Assembly: GCF_009914755.1 (NCBI RefSeq)
Contig: NC_060933.1
DNA: 64,000 nt
Source: the human T2T-CHM13v2.0 reference genome, Homo sapiens
Direction: 5' to 3' (one strand)
Part shown: piece by piece, positions 10,926-23,394 of the stretch
Layout: the number at the start of each line of letters is the position of its first letter
How positions within the stretch are numbered: the stretch's first letter is position 1
Notes under the pieces: generated by a model
Told to the model about the DNA's origin: nothing
Database searches by the model: none
The model's input: only the letters and a program-made list of their open reading frames with translations
Position numbers and translations under genes: made by a program

Positions 10926-13900
10926 GCAAGTGAGCACATTTCTTGAATTTTATCATTCTATCTCCATGTTGTTATAAGTAAATTTGTGTACCCTAAGCAT
11001 GCCTCTGTAGAATCAAGCAATATAAATCTGAAGGGGTGAATATTTTCGTCTGCTAAACCATCTTTGCAATAGAGATGACCAGCAGCTAGCTACGATAATT
11101 GGTACGTAAATATACACATTGTGTGGTTTCTTAGAATCACTGTCTCCGACCATGGGTGGCTCTGTGAAAATCTTAATCTCCCATTTGGCCCTTTCCAAAG
11201 TATAAGCACAGATTACTTTTCCTATCCATTTCAAGTGAGTGTGATCTAGAAAGAGAAAATACACCTGGGTGCAGTTTCTATCCCGGGATCTGTCTTGCAA
11301 GTAGATCTTCTCCCTGCATCTTTTATAATCATTCTGTGTTGTTGAAATCACTGGCTCTAGTTCCTATTTTTAGTTTGTGTTCTTTTCCTTGCACACATTT
11401 GAGCCTTTGTGATTCTGTATTGCTGCCACCCCCATTAAAGTACAAGCAACTTGAAGACAGAGATTGAGTGCCTTTTGTTTTTAACTGGAGCCAGAACAAT
11501 GCCATGTAACTTATTGAATAAATGCTCCTTAATAATACACATATAGTTTTCAGGGCTGTGAGGAAAAAATGGATTAGAACTGAACATGTCATGGCTCAGG
11601 AATCAGCTTCGTTACCGTGATATTCTTTCATTGATGGGTTTGCTAATTTTATTCTTCCTTGGCTAGGTCAGTCTTCCTTGGTTAGGTCAGTCTGGGCAAA
11701 ATCAGTGCCTGTATTATAGCAAGACCATCCCAATTTTAGAAAGGAAAAAAATAAACAAAAAAACTGGAAAAAATCTGGAAGTGGCAGTTTGATTTGTGAG
11801 GGTCATGGAAGTAAAATGTTACCTTTGGAAGGGAAGTTAAATCTGTGTTGTCTGATTTCCCACTGGGTACAGTAATCCCTGGAGCTTCCAGATTTTGAAT
11901 ATTTTCATAGCCTGGAGACAAATTCCATTAATTTCTGGAGTTCTAGAATTTGTGCTATTATTCTAGGGTCCTGAATTAGCATGATTTACTTATCCTCAGT
12001 AAAAATTGACATATGGTTATGTCATTGTTGTACATGACATATTTATATATAAACAGATCATATATTACACGTAATGTACAGTTAGTTCATTGTTTATGTT
12101 ACCATAAATTAAGTCTACTTAAAATAAATATTATAGTAGAGATGCCTTCATTAGGAGAAAATTCTTACTAAATGAGAATCTAAAATTTTCATGGCCAAAC
12201 TAGTGCTAGGAATACATATATATTTCTGCTATATTTTTTGTTAGGTTGCTTATTGATATGAAATTTTAAAATGATGTGAGATATTTTCATGAGAAATAAA
12301 AGTAAAAACTCTTAAGGTCAAGTAGAAGATAGACTCTTTTTCTTTTCTAGTGAATAAAATGTTAGTCTAGCTCCCCAGATCCATATTTCTTGGCAGACAT
12401 GAATTTTCTCTGAATCTTATTCAATCTTCGGTTGAATGTAACATTTTTATGATTCTGTAGTCATCATACAACAGGAAATGTTCTGCTATAAGGCTGAAAA
12501 ATCAAGTGGAACTGGAATCAGTGTTGTTATGTGCAGTCTTGCTGAAAGCTGTTTTAAAACAAATAAATGAAGTATTAAGAATGCCATATTACCAATCAGA
12601 TTTTTGGCATTTTCAGGTTGTGGGAGAGGGCTGTCGTCTTGTCAGGTTTGCTGACTAGATTCAGAGGAAAATCTATTCAGCCTTACACATTACTAATGAT
12701 GACCCCAGAGGAGTGGGGGCCGTGGGAGGCTGACCTCCGCCTCCAAAGCCCATTTACAAAAACAAAACCAGACCCTGCTCTGTGGGGCTAAATGGGATGG
12801 CCAAATGCGGAGGTGTGCATGCAAACGAGTGTTTTCTTCTTCAATATACCCAGCTCATTTGAATTTTAATAACTCCCTTCTGAAGCAGCTTTTGAGTTTA
12901 AATGTCTGGATGTCACTCATCAGAGCCCGGTGGGACTGCTGATAGGAAGGATGGCAACTTTAGTGAACTCTTTTGAGGAATAAATGGTTTTAGAAAATAA
13001 AAATAATGCTTAGCATAGGCAGAAAAGTTTAGGGATGGCATGGTTTCATTGTCTCTGCTTGCTACTTTTAACTTCAGCAACTCACTAGAGGAAAGAAATG
13101 TGATGGGCCATCCCCAATCCACATTTGTGCTAGGATGAGTTTGGGCATGGTGGTCTCAAATTTAGCCAATCAAATTTGAGATAGTGAATCTGTTAATCTG
13201 TTTTCTAATGTTTAGGGCTTTCTCACTTAGGATACTGACTTTAGTACTCATGTGATAGAACATATAAGATGTTCATAGCATCCATTCTTTCATGCAGACC
13301 CACATTTTAAAAAGATACTAAATAGATGAGATTCCCTCAGTTTTTAAATAATTCAATTCATGGTTTTGACTATAACTGGGTCTTTTTTTTTTTTTTGCTA
13401 TACCATGTGACATTCTTCTTTCTTCTCTCATAGCCCTGGAATTCCTCTATCAGATATATTGTTCCTTAATCTTTTGTCGTCATTATTATCTGTTCTTGTG
13501 AACATTTCTTGACTACGCTAGCCTTAAAATCTTTGCTCATCATCTAATTCCTCCTAACATGGATATTTTTTCCCCCTGAAGAACCTCTGACTTTTGACTT
13601 TTACTTTTTTGCTTCTTTTCTACTTTTATTCTTTTGTCTGATTTCTGATTTTCTCAAGATCATAGGCTGTTCATATCTCATCAAGATTTTATCCACTTCT
13701 TTTATAATACATTAGAAACATATTTAAAGTACTTAATAAAAGTGATTCTTTCTAATGCTAATATTAGATATTTCTATGTAATAGCATTATTTTTGTTATT
13801 ATATTGCTGGGGAATGTGGCTAACACTTTCTAAGCTTATATTTTCCTATTAGGCTTTAAAAATTCACAGTAAGAAGTATTAACTAAGCAAAGTATATTTA

Positions 13901-14682
13901 AGTCCACGTAATAGTCATTATGAATGGCTTTCTTTCTTGATATGGGCTAATTGGTCAGTGATCTGCGTGTGTAAGTATTGGGCTTGGATACGAAGTACAG
14001 GTAGGCATATGCTCCTTCAGTCATTTTTGAACTATTACCATGAGAGGTAATTGTTAAGAAGGAAATATGCCAAGGGAACAGACTTAGTGAACTCTGAGTA
14101 GAATAAATAATACGAGAAAGCTGTCCTGTTTTCTGATGAAATCATGGAGTTGGTTGCCAAGGTTATGTGTGATTTTTGAGTATTTTAATTTAGAAATAGT
14201 TTACCTGTACAACTCTTTAAAAAATATTATCAGAAGTCAGTATATCTGTATAATACTAAGTTAAAAGTGTATATAGAAGAAAATAAGACAATCCTCTGTC
14301 ATGTCACCACTTGGAGATAGCCATTATAAATATGTCCTTCATAATGTCCTCCTACATGTATGTGTATGTGTTATATTGTACCATAAAATGTATATTATTT
14401 TATTGTCCTATTTTAAAAAAAGTAATGACTTTACATGCAAATGGACATAACTAGCACCCATGTCTTCCAAAAAAAGCCTTGAGGAAGTAAGAAAAGAATC
14501 CTATTGCATTGGTTTCTGGACATTTGTCAATAGCATATGTTTTTGGTGTGTTTGATTCCTTTTTTGTTTCATGAGGTTTGTTTTCATAAACCTCATGAAA
14601 ATGTTTGGAAGGAAAAATGTCACCAATTATCCCATGACTCTACAGCTATTATCATTTCTGGATATTACTTAATTTGCTGCTT

Positions 14683-14852
14683 CTGGGATTACAGCCATGC
14701 ACCACCACGCCTGGCTAATTTTTTGTATTTTTAGTAGAGACGGGACTTCTCCGTGGTGGTCAGGCTGGTCTTGAACTCCCGACCTCAGGTGATCCGCCTG
14801 CCTCGGCCTCCCAAAATGCTGGAATTACAGGTGTGAGCCACCGTGCCTGGCC
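14683..14852 (-). mobile_element. Partial AluS (left arm plus linker)
   Basis: ctgggattaca...gtgagccaccgtgcctggcc. Confidence 0.9.
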
Positions 14853-14929
14853 TGTATTTTTGAACTTAATATTATATTATAAACTTTCCCTGTTTTCATA
14901 TATCACCATAACAATTGTATAATAACAGC

Positions 14930-15220
14930 TATTATTTTTGAGACAAGGTCTCGGCTCTATCACCCAGGGTGAAGTGCGGTGGCACGATCATGGCTTACTG
15001 CAACTTCAAACTTTCTGGCTCAAGTGATCCTTCTGCCTCAGCCCCCCAGGTAGCTAGGAGTGCAGGTACATACAACCAGGATCAGATAATTTCTGTACTT
15101 TTTGTAGAGATGGAGTCTCACAATGTTGCCTAGTCTGGCCTCAAACTCTAGCTTTGAGCAATCCTCCTGACTTAGCCTCTTTAATTGTTGGGATTACAGG
15201 CATGAGCCACTGTACATGGC
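14930..15220 (-). mobile_element. AluJ-like
   Basis: Diverged antisense dimeric Alu. Confidence 0.85.
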
Positions 15221-15331
15221 ATAATGATCATTTTTAAATGACTATAGAATATTTCATCAAATTCATAAGTCATAATAAACTTAATCATTTTCGTATTGGT
15301 CATTTTTAAAATTTCAATTTTAGTGAACATC

Positions 15332-15676
<345 letters not shown>

Positions 15677-15864
15677 TTTAGTGAACATCGTTATGCATAT
15701 AGCTCTCTTCTGCTACAGCTTTCCTTCAGATAAATTCTCAGTAATGTAGTGAGCAGGAGTCCAAGGATTTGGTGACTATAGGGATGGCCAGGCCTCGTTG
15801 CCCTTCAAAAAGCTTTGCCAGTTTTCAGTACCTCAGCCCTGTATGAATTTGCAAAAATATAAAA

Positions 15865-16050
15865 CATAGAGGTTAAAAGCATAGGAGTCAGGCTGCCTGG
15901 GTTCATATCCCACTTCCACTACTTACTGGCTGTATAACTTCAGGCAAACTGTGTCTGTAAGCTTTGACCACTTCTGTAAAATGGAGAAAATAATTGACTG
16001 TTTTTTATAGAGTTTTGTAAGAATTATGAGTCACTTTATGTAACAGTACT
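15865..16050 (+). mobile_element. MIR
   Basis: ggagtcaggctgcctgggttcatatcccacttccactacttactggctgt. Confidence 0.65.
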
Positions 16051-16269
16051 TATAAAACAATATAAAGAATAAATTCCTTCTTTTATAATGTCATATTAAA
16101 AAGCAGCCCAAAAAACAAATGATAACAATAAAAACCAGTCAGGTATAAAATGATACCTTAAGACTGCTCTCATTTGCATATAATTGCCAGAAGGTCTGAA
16201 CATCTGTACATTTATTTACTGTTTAAGAGGTTGGTTTTTTTTTTAAGTAAATTTGAAATTTTTAAAAAA

Positions 16270-17745
16270 AATTTTTAATTGATGAATAATTATACATATT
16301 CATGGAGTACATAGAGATGTTCTGATGATATTATGTATAGTGATCAGATCAGAGTAATTAGTGTGTCTCTCATCTCAAACATTTATCATTTCTTTGTGTT
16401 GGGAACATTCAATTCCTCCTCCTAGCTACTTGAAACTATGTATTATTGATAACTATACTCACCCTACAGTAGTATAGAACACTAGAACTTATACCTTCCA
16501 TCTAATTGTGGTTTTGTATCCTTTAACAAGTCTCTCCTTGTCTCTTTCTTCCCCCTGCTCTTTCCTAGCCTCTAAGTATTCTCTCTTCTACTTTTTACTT
16601 CTGAGAGATCAACTTTCTTTTTGCTTCCACATATGAGTGAGAACATGTGCTATTTAACTTTCTGTTCCTGGCTTATTTCACTTAACATAACGTCTTGCAT
16701 TTCTATCCATGCTGCCATGACCAGCAGGACTTCATTCTTTTTGAGGGCTTAATAGTATTCCATTGTGGATATATACCAAATTTTAAAAATCCATTCATCT
16801 ATTGTTGGACACCTAGATTTATTCCATGTCATGGCTATTGTGAATAGTACTAAAATAAACATGGGGTACAGATGTCTCTGATAGAATGATTTCCTTTCCT
16901 TTGGATACCTGCCCAGTAGGAGGATTATTAGATCATATTGTAGTTCTATTTTTAGTTTTCTGAGGAACCTCCCTACTGTTATTTATAGTGGGTATACTAG
17001 TTTACATTCCCACCAACAGTGAATGAATTCCCTTGTCTTCACATCCTCAACAGCATTTGCTGTTTTTTGTTTGTTTGTTTGTTTTTAATAATAGCCATCC
17101 TGACTGGGGAGAGATGATATCTCATTGTGGTTTTGATTTGCATTTTCCTGATGATTAGTGATGCTGAGCAGTTTTTTCATATATTTATTGGCCATTTGTA
17201 CATCTTTTGAGAAATATCTGTTAATTTCCCCATCTTAAAATCAGATTGTTTATTTTTTGCTGTTGAGATGTTTGAGTTCCTTGCATATTCTGGATATTAG
17301 TCCCTTGTCAGATGAATAATATGCAAATATTTTCTCCATTCCACAGGTTGTCTTTTCATGTTGTTGATTATTTCCTTTGCTATGCAGAAGCTTTTTAGTT
17401 TGATGTAATCCCATTTATTTTTGCTTTTATTTTCTATGCTTTTGAGGTCTTATTCATAAAATCTTGCCCTAGGCCTGTGTCCTGAAGCATTTCTCCTATG
17501 TTTTATTCCTGCAGTTTTATCATTTTGTGTCTTACATTTATGTCTTTGATGCATTTTGAATTGATTTTTGTAGGGCGAGAGATTGGGGGGTGTAGTTTAA
17601 TTTTTCTGTCTATGGATATCCAGTTTTCCTAGCATCATATATTGAACAGACTGTCCTTTCCCCACTGAGTGTTCTTGACATTTTTGTCAAAAATCAGTTT
17701 GCTATAGATATATAGATTAATTTCTGAGTTCTCTGTTCTGAATTT
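16270..17745 (-). mobile_element. L1MA-like 3' 1.5 kb
   Basis: Antisense L1 3' UTR and ORF2 end; minus-strand translation [22 protein letters not shown] is L1 ORF2p-like. Confidence 0.9.
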
Positions 17746-18450
17746 ATTTTTAAATTTGTATTTTTTTACCCTTTTATTTTGAAACAATCTCAAACATAAA
17801 AAAGTTGTAAAATGCATAGAAAAGTAGCAAAAATTGTCTTCCTTTTTTAATAGTAAGAAAAACTCCACATTCCTTTCAACCAGGGGCACTATTCAAGTTT
17901 CATCAACAATCCCAGTGATGTTTTTAATAGAAAAACAATCTCATCTAGAATGTTGCTCTGCACTTATTTATTGGTCTCTTTGGTCTCCTTCAACCTGAAC
18001 ACTTTTTCAGTTTTTTCTGTGACTTCTTGACTTTAACGAGTTTTAAGATTAGAAGCCAGTTAGTTTATACAATGCTCTTTAATTTGGGTTTGCCTGATAT
18101 TTCTCATATTAGAGTTAGGTGGGTCACTTTTGGTAGAGTATGACAGACGTGGAGCTGTGTGCTTCTCACTGCATCCCATCTGTGGCACATGACGTCTCAG
18201 CTGCCTCCACTGGGGTGGTGAGCTTTGCTCACTTGGATAAGATGTTGTCTTCTAGGTTTCTCCACTATGAACTTATTCTTTTACCCTTATTTCAATAATC
18301 TTTCATGTGGAGATGTTTTGAAATTTCACAAATATTCTATTTTCATCCTATTTTCACCGATTAGTTTTAGCATTCACTAATACTTCTTGCCTGAATTATT
18401 ACTGTGATGGTTGTCAAAAGGTGATTTTTAAAAATCCATGAATCCATCTA

Positions 18451-18960
18451 TTTTTTTTTTATTATACTTTAAGTTCTAGGGTACATGTACACAATGTGCA
18501 GGTTTGTTACATATGTATACATGTGCCATATTGGTGTGCTGCACCCATTAACTCGTCATTTACATTGGGTATATCTCCTAATGCTTTCCCTCCCCCCTCC
18601 CCCAACCCCACAACAGGCCTCGGTGTGTGATGTTCCCCTTCCTGTGTCCAATGTGTCCAAGTGTTCTCATTATTCAATTCCCACCTATGAGTGAGAACAT
18701 GTGGTGTTTGGTTTTTTGTTCTCGTGATAGTTTGCTGAGAATGATGGTTTCCAGCTTCATCCATGTCCCTACAAAGGACATGAACTCATCCTTTTTTATG
18801 GCTGCATAGTATTCCATGGTATTTATGTGCCACATTTTCTTAATCCAGTCTATCATTGATGGACATTTGGGTTGGTTCCAAGTCTTTGCTATTGTGAATA
18901 GTGCCACAATAAACATACATGTGCACAGAATGGGAGAAAATTTTTGCAATCTACCCATCT
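18451..18960 (-). mobile_element. L1PA 3' end with short 5' inversion
   Basis: poly-T-attatactttaagttctagggtacatg; ORF2 C-terminus (MFIVALFTIAKTWNQPKCPSMIDWIKKMW); sense-oriented L1 piece at 18925-18960. Confidence 0.93.
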
Positions 18961-18995
18961 ATGTTTTTTATTAGGCGTTCTGCTGTAAGAAATGG

Positions 18996-19085
18996 CTCCT
19001 CTCCTCTCCTCTCCACTCCTCCCCTCCCCTCCGCTCCCCTCCTCTCCGCTCCCCTCCTCTTCTCTTTCTCTCCCTCTCTCTCTCT
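18996..19085. repeat. (CTCCT/CCCCT)n then (CT)n polypyrimidine repeat
   Basis: Direct reading. Confidence 0.9.
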
Positions 19086-20247
19086 GTGTTAGTGTAGACT
19101 CGTAAATTCCTATGTTATTTAACTATTCAGTTATCTATTATTTTGATCTTTAACTTGTCCAATAAATTGAACAAAATATTAAATTTGACCAATAAGAACC
19201 TCTACAAGTTGGCTCTTGTGTCCTTTTGACATGACCCCCTCATTCTTTGACTGCTTCCTTTGTGGCACAAGAAGATGTCCTAGGTTTATTTTGTACTATC
19301 CCCAGCCCTGTAATAGATACTCCAGGTTTCTTTTAGTGGAGCATGGTATTTAGAAGCTAACATCTGTGTGCAAAGCATCTCATTGCTGCTGGGGTAATCT
19401 TTGTCTCTAGGCCGTTTCAGTGGACAGAGCTGGGAAACATATGTTCTTGTTCTCTCTCATGTATTTTTATTTCTGTATTTAGCTATATATGTAATAAAAA
19501 GGGTTCAATCTGTCTTTCTTTTTGTATTTGTAACTCCCTTCTCTGACAGTAAGAAACTTGACTCTCATTATCCTCAATATATTTACTCATTTGCCCAATC
19601 CTCCTGGATGTAAGTAATCTCCTGTCCCTGCTGGACCACGGTCCTAAACTGCCTTCCTCACTCAGGTCTCCACTGGGTGCCATCCTACTTTGTGGCCTTC
19701 CTGATTTTAAGAGGCCTTGGGATATTTTTGCTTTTAATAACAAAATGTTATTGAAATATTCGGTCTTAACATAGAAAACCTATCAACCTTTAGTGTCTGT
19801 CTGATGTATCAGAATCATCAATTTATTTTAAAAACTGTCTTGATTGTAGTTTCTTTCAGGGGGCTAGGCATCTCCTAGTTCCCACTAATAGGCAATGCTG
19901 TAATTCTCTCTGCCTGTGTTTTCTATGGACTTAGTGTAGAAAAAAATCGTACTCATCCTTTTCATCTTGATTTAAATATTCTTTCCTTGGTGGGGGAAGA
20001 TAGGGGCTTCCGTGATGTTCCCAGATTAAGTTAGATTACTTATGTGATACTTTCCTATATATTTTCATGGTGCGTAATATATGTGTCATCATTTTCATAA
20101 TTATTTATACTTCTTTGTTTAAACTCTGTCTTTTCCACTAGGTGTGATTTCCTCAATGGACAGGAAGAATAGCTGTGTTTTATCGTAAATACTTAGAACA
20201 GATTGGCATGTAATAGTTTTCTAATATTTGTTTATCTATAACTTTAA

Positions 20248-20328
20248 ACATACACATATATAATATATATATACACACACACATACATACATACATACAT
20301 ACATACATACATACATACATACATACAC
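20248..20328. repeat. Compound microsatellite (TA)n(CA)n(TACA)n
   Basis: Direct reading; about 11 TACA units. Confidence 0.95.
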
Positions 20329-21769
20329 TAGATAATTCTAAGCTAAGTTACCTATAAGCAGCATTTAGCTGGAGAAAGTAAAGATATGTCCAAACCACAA
20401 AAGCAATATGCTAGCGATGGAAAATATACAGACTCAGGCTGTTAGTCTACTTGTTGCCAGACTTTTACTCTAAGGATTACACATGTGAATTGTGGCATTG
20501 AGATCTGATCCTCTGTGTAGCCAAAGTATGTGCGATAATGGGTCCTGTTGTAATGCATTATGTTCGGATATACTGTTTATATCAGGGTTCTTTGAGGCTG
20601 TCAACTGGATGAGAGATTTAAAGTAACTTTGTTTCCAGGTTTTACAACATCTGGATCTTTTTAACAAGTACTGTTAGGCCTTCTCAGTTCCAAATCCATT
20701 GTCCGTAAAGCATTTCATTATTTCTTTTTATCTAAAAAACTTGTTTGAAAGACAAAGCATTATAATAAAGGAACTGATCATTCCTGTTGTTTAGATGTGG
20801 ATTCTTTTATCCAGTGCTAAAGATCTCTGGGGAAGGAACTAGTTCACTGTGTTCTCCCTTGGCTTTGGGACTCCCTCTCTTTCTTTCCATACCTCCTCCA
20901 GAATGCATGAAACTGCCAAATATTTTCTCAATTTCCAACAGCTACTATAGTTCCTCTCATTCCAGTTAGTGTCTGAATCAGTTCCCTACAAATAGTGGAA
21001 AATTTTTTGTGAGTGTAGTTATACTACTCAATACTGATTCTTTGCCCTTTTAAATGTGGAAGATTTATTTCATTATTGGACTGATGTGATTTTTCAACCC
21101 TATTCTCCATTTTACAAATTTTCTTTGTTGCTGACACTTGCATGTATATTAGGTCAATTCTAGCGAATATAGAAGCAACATGTAAAGTGCAGTACTGGTG
21201 AAAGTTGTCCTGTCAAAGGAGAGCTCATTATCTTAAGAATAAAACGTCTGGAAAATGGTCATATTTCACATGGGGTCCTGGTATTAGAAGGCAGGCTGGA
21301 CGCCTTGCCTGTTTCCCTAGATCCTCTGGAAACTCCAAAGTCTTTGTAGTGGATTCTCTCAAAGTGCCTGGAAAAAATTTTTTATGTAATTTTGAAAATA
21401 CTCAATCTCTGAGAGTTTTCTAAGTAGAAATCTATTTATGAATTAATGATTTCCAGTGCAGAATTGGATGCATTGTTCTTAAATGGAGAGATGTAATTCT
21501 TGCATAGGTATTTACTATAATGTCTGCCAGTTTATCAAACTATTTCTATGAATCATGTGCTAAGAAAACCCCAAAAAGCAACTTAATTTTTGTGTTTTCT
21601 TTTTTGTGAAATCAAAGACTGCAATCTGCAGCCAATGTTGTGTAGAGATACTTAGCGCATATGTGTAATCAGCATGGAGTTATGTGAATAGACAACCAGT
21701 TAACTCCTATCACAGCATTTTTTTATCACAGAAGTTATTACACCTGATTTTGCCTTGCTTGTTTCTTCT

Positions 21770-21890
21770 CACGTTAGAATATAAGCTCCACGAGCGCAGG
21801 GACCTATTCTGTCTTGTTCAACACTGTCTCCGCTGCTAGAGTCAGTACCTGATACCTAATAGATACTCGGTAAATAGTTGAATGAATGAG
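21770..21890 (+). mobile_element. LINE-2 3' end
   Basis: tagaatataagctccacgag...gtaaatagttgaatgaatga. Confidence 0.75.
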
Positions 21891-21954
21891 TGTGTTTATA
21901 AATGTATTTACTTTATTTGTCAGAATTTTTTTTTTCCTTACAATAGCAGGGGTT

Positions 21955-22287
21955 GGCCAGATGTGGTGTCTCATGCCTGTAATCCCAGCACTTTGGGAAG
22001 CTGAGGCAGGTAGATCGCCTAAGGTCAGGAGTTCGAGACCAGCCTGGCCAACATGGTGAAACCCCGTCTATACAGAAAATACAAAAAATTAGCCAGGTAT
22101 GGTGGTGCACACCTGCAGTCCCAGCTACTCAGGAGGCTGAGGCAGGAGAATCGCTTGAGCCTGGGTGGCGGAGTGAGCCAAGTTAGTGCTGCTGCACTTA
22201 CTTGCAGTGAACCAAGATAGTGCTACTGCACTTCAGCCTGGGTGACAGAGTAAGACTCTGTCTCAGAAAAGAAAAAATAATAATAAT
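21955..22287 (+). mobile_element. AluS with internal duplication of about 35 bp in the right arm
   Basis: agtgagccaagttagtgctgctgcactt recurs as agtgaaccaagatagtgctactgcactt. Confidence 0.92.
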
Positions 22288-22380
22288 AGCAATGATTAAC
22301 TCTCTAAAAATATTTCTTGAACTCCCAGTATTACATCTCAAGATGGAACAGAACTACAACACCAATTACTGGTAGCATAG

Positions 22381-22691
<311 letters not shown>

Positions 22692-23394
22692 AGAGCATCA
22701 ACATTTCAACAAAGTGAAAGAGTGTTTGTTGGAGGGGAGAGAAGCATCACTGGAAGGCGCACTACTATACCTGTTGGCAGGAGGGAGCAGGTTAGTGGGT
22801 CACTAGCCTAAGGAAATGTGCTGATTTTTGAGAAGGTGCTGATGGGAAATAAGTCTAAAATATGGGAGAAAGGCCTAGATCAGAAGTATGGATTTATATT
22901 CATCAACATATAAGTAATATTTGAAACTGTGAAAGTAGATGAACTTTCACAGAGGAAGAACACCGAAGCTTAAGGAAGCAGTTATTTCAGGAATGAGGGC
23001 ATGGTACTCTTTTATATGGAAAAGTATGGAAAGAAAGACTGAGAAAATACCCTTGAATTTGGCTTTTAGATGGCCATTAGAAATCTTAGCCAGGGTAGTT
23101 TTGGTGGAGTGGCAGGGCCAATGTCTATGTAGCAGTTGTGTTAGGGTACTTTTTATTCCAGAAAGCAATGATTCTGACTTCAACTGACTCACAAATACTT
23201 GTTGCAAGGATTCTTTGGTTTCACAGAAATCCAAAGACAGAAACTTTGTTTTTGGGAGTATCGAGAACAGAAAGATATCAGGCGCCAAGACTGTATCTCT
23301 CTTTTTCTCTTTTTCAGGGGCTGCATGGTATCAGTTTCTCTTGTGGTTTCTACTTTTCTTCTAAAGACTCATCCATCCCTTTCTAAGCTTCTTA

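Larger units (their letters stand above)
17750..19620 (-). mobile_element. Old L1 (L1MC-like) 3' region, interrupted by an L1PA and a CT-rich repeat
   Basis: Diverged L1MC-type motifs on both sides of the 18451-18960 insertion. Confidence 0.55.

Noticed and set aside
10930-10935. GTGAGC as the main donor of exon 7/16
   Set aside because: Gives phase 2, incompatible with the phase-1 start of the exon at 34294.
12600-12960. GC-richer unique stretch with an acceptor-like ttttcag and a CCAAT
   Set aside because: No matching strong donor or CpG island, and the FOCAD frame is complete without it; an exon or promoter cannot be supported from sequence alone.
18674-18958. L1 ORF2 C-terminal ORF, and ORF1 pieces at 59206-59766
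   Set aside because: Truncated or degraded retrotransposon remnants, not intact genes.
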